Assembly: GCA_026989455.1 (NCBI GenBank)
Contig: JALSJH010000019.1
Location: forward strand, 14,596 to 78,595
Origin: Chromatiales bacterium
GTDB lineage: Bacteria; Pseudomonadota; Gammaproteobacteria; RBG-16-57-12
DNA length: 64,000 nt
Reading direction: 5' to 3'
A program made the position numbers and the translations under genes. How positions within the stretch are numbered: the stretch's first letter is position 1; each line of letters begins with the position of its first letter. This document shows, one piece after another, positions 60,830 to 64,000 of the stretch. The notes under the pieces are model-generated. The model made no database searches. It was not told where the DNA came from and saw only the letters and a list, made by a program, of their open reading frames with translations.

Positions 60830-61294
60830 ATGAGATTAACCACCAAAGGCCGCTATGCGGTGACCGCGATGTTGGATCTGGCTCTCCACAGTGAAAGTGG
60901 CCCGATCACCTTGTCTGAAATCTCTCAGCGCCAAGGAATATCACTCTCTTACCTAGAGCAGTTATTTGCTCGCCTGCGTAAAAACGGTTTAGTGCTTAGC
61001 ACCCGTGGCCCGGGTGGTGGTTACCGCCTTAGCCGCGAGGCGGCTGAAATTGCCGTGGTGGAAGTGATCACCGCAGTAGATGAGTATGTTGATGTGATGC
61101 GATGTGGCGGAAAAGCCGACTGCTCGGGTGATGGCCCCTGCTTGACCCATGAGTTGTGGGAAGAGTTGAGCCAGAAGATCCACGAGTTCCTGGCCAGTAT
61201 CAGTCTGGGCGATTTGGTTGGGCGTAAGGGTGACAATGGCGTGGCACCCTTAAATAGAGTGGCCAATATGGCCGAGGCTGAACCGGTCATTTAA
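60830..61294 (+). CDS. iscR: Fe-S cluster assembly regulator IscR
   Basis: [32 protein letters not shown], three Cys plus H. Confidence 0.96.
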   Translation: MRLTTKGRYAVTAMLDLALHSESGPITLSEISQRQGISLSYLEQLFARLRKNGLVLSTRGPGGGYRLSREAAEIAVVEVITAVDEYVDVMRCGGKADCSGDGPCLTHELWEELSQKIHEFLASISLGDLVGRKGDNGVAPLNRVANMAEAEPVI

Positions 61295-61296
61295 AA

Positions 61297-62436
61297 GTGG
61301 CCATCTATCTGGATCACAACGCGACAACACCGCTGGATGAGCGCGTGCTTGAGGCGATGCATCCATTTTTAACCGAAAGTTATGGTAACCCCTCGAGTGT
61401 GCACGGCTTTGGCCGTCATGTGCGGCGGGCAATCGACAACGCCCGTGAACAGCTCGCTGCACTGGTCAATGCTCACCCGTCACAGATCATTTTTACCAGT
61501 GGCGGGACCGAGGCGAATAACATGGTTTTCGCTGGATTGGCACAGCGCCAACCACCGGGTCGGGTGCTTATCAGTGCAATTGAACACCCGTCAGTGCTGC
61601 GCGGCACCCAACATATGGATAGCCAAAAATGGCAAATTGAGACGGTTCCTGTTGATCAAGCAGGGCGTGTCGAAACGGATATTCTGGCGGGTATGATGGA
61701 TGGCCAGACTCGGTTGGTCTCGATCATGGCGGCTAATAACGAGACAGGTGCCCTTCAGAATGTAGAGGCTTTAGCGGCCCGCTGTCGCGAGCATAACGTG
61801 CTCTTTCATTGCGATGCGGTGCAGGCGCTGGGCAAAATCAAGGTCGATTTTGCCGCTAGTCAGGCTCACTTAATGAGCCTCTCCAGCCACAAAATTTATG
61901 GGCCACAGGGGTGTGGTGCGCTGGTAGTCGATAAGTCGGTCGATATGGCACCTCTTATGTACGGCGGAGGCCAAGAGAGAGCACGTCGTGCTGGTACAGA
62001 AAATGTAGCCGCCATCGTCGGCTTTGGTCGGGCCGCAGAGATAGTGGCCAGTGAACTTGAGGTAAACCGACAACAGCTCACCTCATTGCGCCGGTTGCTA
62101 GAGCAGAGGCTACAGACCATTGAGGGTGTGGTGCTGTTTGCAACACAGGCGGAGCGGTTGCCCAATACCGTGATGTTTGCGGTTGAAGGGGTTGCGGGTG
62201 AAACCATGCTAATGGCACTCGACGAGGTGGGGTTTGCACTCTCCAGTGGTGCTGCTTGTGAAAGTACCCACGGAGAGCCAAGCCATGTGCTAACCGCAAT
62301 GGGTGTCCCTTATGAGTTGGCACAGGCCTCAATACGAATCTCTCTGGGGCGCGGTAATACAGCACAAGATATTGAAAGTGTCGTTGTGGCTTTGAAACAG
62401 CAAGTTTTGATGATGCGCAGTGTGGCGCGTTATTAA
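61297..62436 (+). CDS. Additional group I cysteine desulfurase (IscS/NifS-like)
   Basis: YLDHNATT, FTSGGTEANN, SSHKIYGP, AGTEN, SSGAAC; lacks the IscS C-terminal extension. Confidence 0.9.
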   Translation: MAIYLDHNATTPLDERVLEAMHPFLTESYGNPSSVHGFGRHVRRAIDNAREQLAALVNAHPSQIIFTSGGTEANNMVFAGLAQRQPPGRVLISAIEHPSVLRGTQHMDSQKWQIETVPVDQAGRVETDILAGMMDGQTRLVSIMAANNETGALQNVEALAARCREHNVLFHCDAVQALGKIKVDFAASQAHLMSLSSHKIYGPQGCGALVVDKSVDMAPLMYGGGQERARRAGTENVAAIVGFGRAAEIVASELEVNRQQLTSLRRLLEQRLQTIEGVVLFATQAERLPNTVMFAVEGVAGETMLMALDEVGFALSSGAACESTHGEPSHVLTAMGVPYELAQASIRISLGRGNTAQDIESVVVALKQQVLMMRSVARY

Positions 62437-62497
62437 ATACGGTCAAATGAAAATGTTCCTGGCGAGCAATAGAGCGCCTGAAAGGTAAGTGTAAAAT

Positions 62498-63712
62498 ATG
62501 AAACGTCCAATCTATCTCGACTACTCTGCAACCACCCCGGTTGACCCCCGTGTGGCAAAAAAGATGATGAACTACCTGACCATGGACGGTGAGTTTGGCA
62601 ACCCCGCCTCTCGCTCCCATGTCTATGGGTGGCAGGCAGAAGAGGCGGTTGAGTGGTCGCGTAACCAAGTGGCAAATCTGATTGGTGCTGATGCTAAAGA
62701 GATTGTCTGGACATCCGGCGCAACGGAGGCAGACAATCTGGCAATAAAAGGCGCGGCGCACTTCTACAACAAGAAGGGCAAGCACATCATCACCTGTAAA
62801 ACTGAACACAAGGCGGTGTTGGATAGCTGTCGTCAGCTAGAGCGCGAAGGTTATGAGGTGACTTACCTTGACCCTGAAAGCAACGGCCTGATTGATCTGG
62901 ACAAGTTACAAGCGGCGATGCGCGATGACACTGTTCTGGTCTCCATTATGCACGTTAATAATGAGATAGGCGTGATTCAGGATATTGCCAAAATAGGCGA
63001 GATTTGCCGTGAACGCGGTACTGTTTTTCATGTGGATGCCGCACAAAGTGCCGGTAAGGTGGCGATTGATATGAAGAGCCTGAAGGTTGATCTGCTCTCA
63101 CTCTCTGCTCACAAAATATATGGCCCCAAGGGAATGGGCGCGCTCTATGTGCGTCGCAAGCCGCGTATCCGTATTGAAGCGCAGATGCACGGTGGCGGCC
63201 ACGAGCGCGGCATGCGCTCGGGTACCCTGCCAGTACATCAGATTGTGGGCATGGGTGAGGCGTTTCGTATCGCCCGCGAAGAGCTGGCGATGGAGACCGC
63301 GCACGCCACTCAACTGCGTGAGCGATTCCTGAAAGGTATTGAAGGTATTGAAGAGATCTATATTAACGGTGATATGGCGCAGCGTATTCCGCAAAATTTG
63401 AATATCAGCTTCAACTTTGTTGAGGGTGAATCACTGCTTATGGCGTTGAAGGATCTGGCCGTTTCATCCGGCTCCGCCTGCACCTCCGCCAGTCTGGAGC
63501 CCTCTTATGTATTGCGTGCAATTGGTCGCAGTGATGAGTTGGCGCATAGCTCGTTACGTTTTTCATTTGGTCGTTTCACCAGCGAAGCGGATGTGGATTT
63601 TACGGTTAAATTGATCCACGAAAAGCTAGGTAGATTGCGTGACTTATCACCGTTGTGGGAGATGTATAAAGAGGGCGTCGATATTGAAAAAGTCCAGTGG
63701 GCAGCTCACTAA
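62498..63712 (+). CDS. iscS: Cysteine desulfurase IscS
   Basis: [50 protein letters not shown]. Confidence 0.97.
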   Translation: MKRPIYLDYSATTPVDPRVAKKMMNYLTMDGEFGNPASRSHVYGWQAEEAVEWSRNQVANLIGADAKEIVWTSGATEADNLAIKGAAHFYNKKGKHIITCKTEHKAVLDSCRQLEREGYEVTYLDPESNGLIDLDKLQAAMRDDTVLVSIMHVNNEIGVIQDIAKIGEICRERGTVFHVDAAQSAGKVAIDMKSLKVDLLSLSAHKIYGPKGMGALYVRRKPRIRIEAQMHGGGHERGMRSGTLPVHQIVGMGEAFRIAREELAMETAHATQLRERFLKGIEGIEEIYINGDMAQRIPQNLNISFNFVEGESLLMALKDLAVSSGSACTSASLEPSYVLRAIGRSDELAHSSLRFSFGRFTSEADVDFTVKLIHEKLGRLRDLSPLWEMYKEGVDIEKVQWAAH

Positions 63713-63742
63713 TCAGCGTCTTCTTAATTAGAGGTAATTAGC

Positions 63743-64000
63743 ATGGCATATACAGAAAAAGTACTCGATCATTACGAAAACCCCCGCAATGTGGGCTCGT
63801 TTGATAAAGAAGAGAAAAATGTGGGTACCGGCATGGTGGGTGCGCCGGCTTGTGGTGATGTGATGAAATTACAGATCAAGGTTAACGAGCAGGGTGTGAT
63901 TGAAGATGCCTGCTTTAAAACCTATGGTTGTGGCTCGGCCATTGCCTCCAGCTCGCTGGTCACCGAGTGGGTAAAAGGTAAAACGCTGGATGAAGCGCTA
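63743..64000 (+). CDS. iscU: Fe-S scaffold IscU (partial, runs off window)
   Basis: MAYTEKVLDHYENPRNVG...GAPACGDVM.LQI...FKTYGCGSAIASSS. Confidence 0.96.
   Translation, partial: MAYTEKVLDHYENPRNVGSFDKEEKNVGTGMVGAPACGDVMKLQIKVNEQGVIEDACFKTYGCGSAIASSSLVTEWVKGKTLDEAL

Noticed and set aside
62078-62809. 243-aa minus-strand ORF
   Set aside because: Antisense shadow of the two desulfurase genes.

Overview
Chromosomal window from a Gammaproteobacterium, largely core genes: ftsK end-lolA-rarA, fimX/fimW-like pair, epmB-efp-epmA, psd, hemH, amgK-murU, a gacA/uvrY-like regulator, nnrS, ratA-rnfH-bamE-fur-trxC, rlmKL, a tRNA Gly-Cys-Leu operon, rmuC, tcdA, yoaA-tsaB, rsgA-orn, parC, htpX, regBA and suhB-trmJ-cysE-iscR-(extra desulfurase)-iscS-iscU. 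No CRISPR array, integrase, transposase or prophage was seen. Five things go beyond the routine annotation. (1) An IS5-ended MITE family has at least 6 copies, with 4-bp target duplications and a nested internal-deletion series; there are also a second repeat family and several long fold-back elements whose mismatches are G-U compatible on one strand only. (2) An accessory module at 48.6-53.2 kb has a surface lipoprotein with a ZU5/PIDD-like HFS autoproteolysis motif, divergent from a NarL-type regulator and a 7TM-DISM-like kinase, with a 7-2-7 palindrome at about -42. (3) A NYN-LOTUS-cold-shock ribonuclease. (4) An orphan PilB/GspE ATPase with four MshEN motifs, plus two FimW-like paralogs. 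(5) A PD-(D/E)XK-like ORF directly upstream of the YoaA helicase. All protein calls come from motif recognition by eye; no database searches were run.
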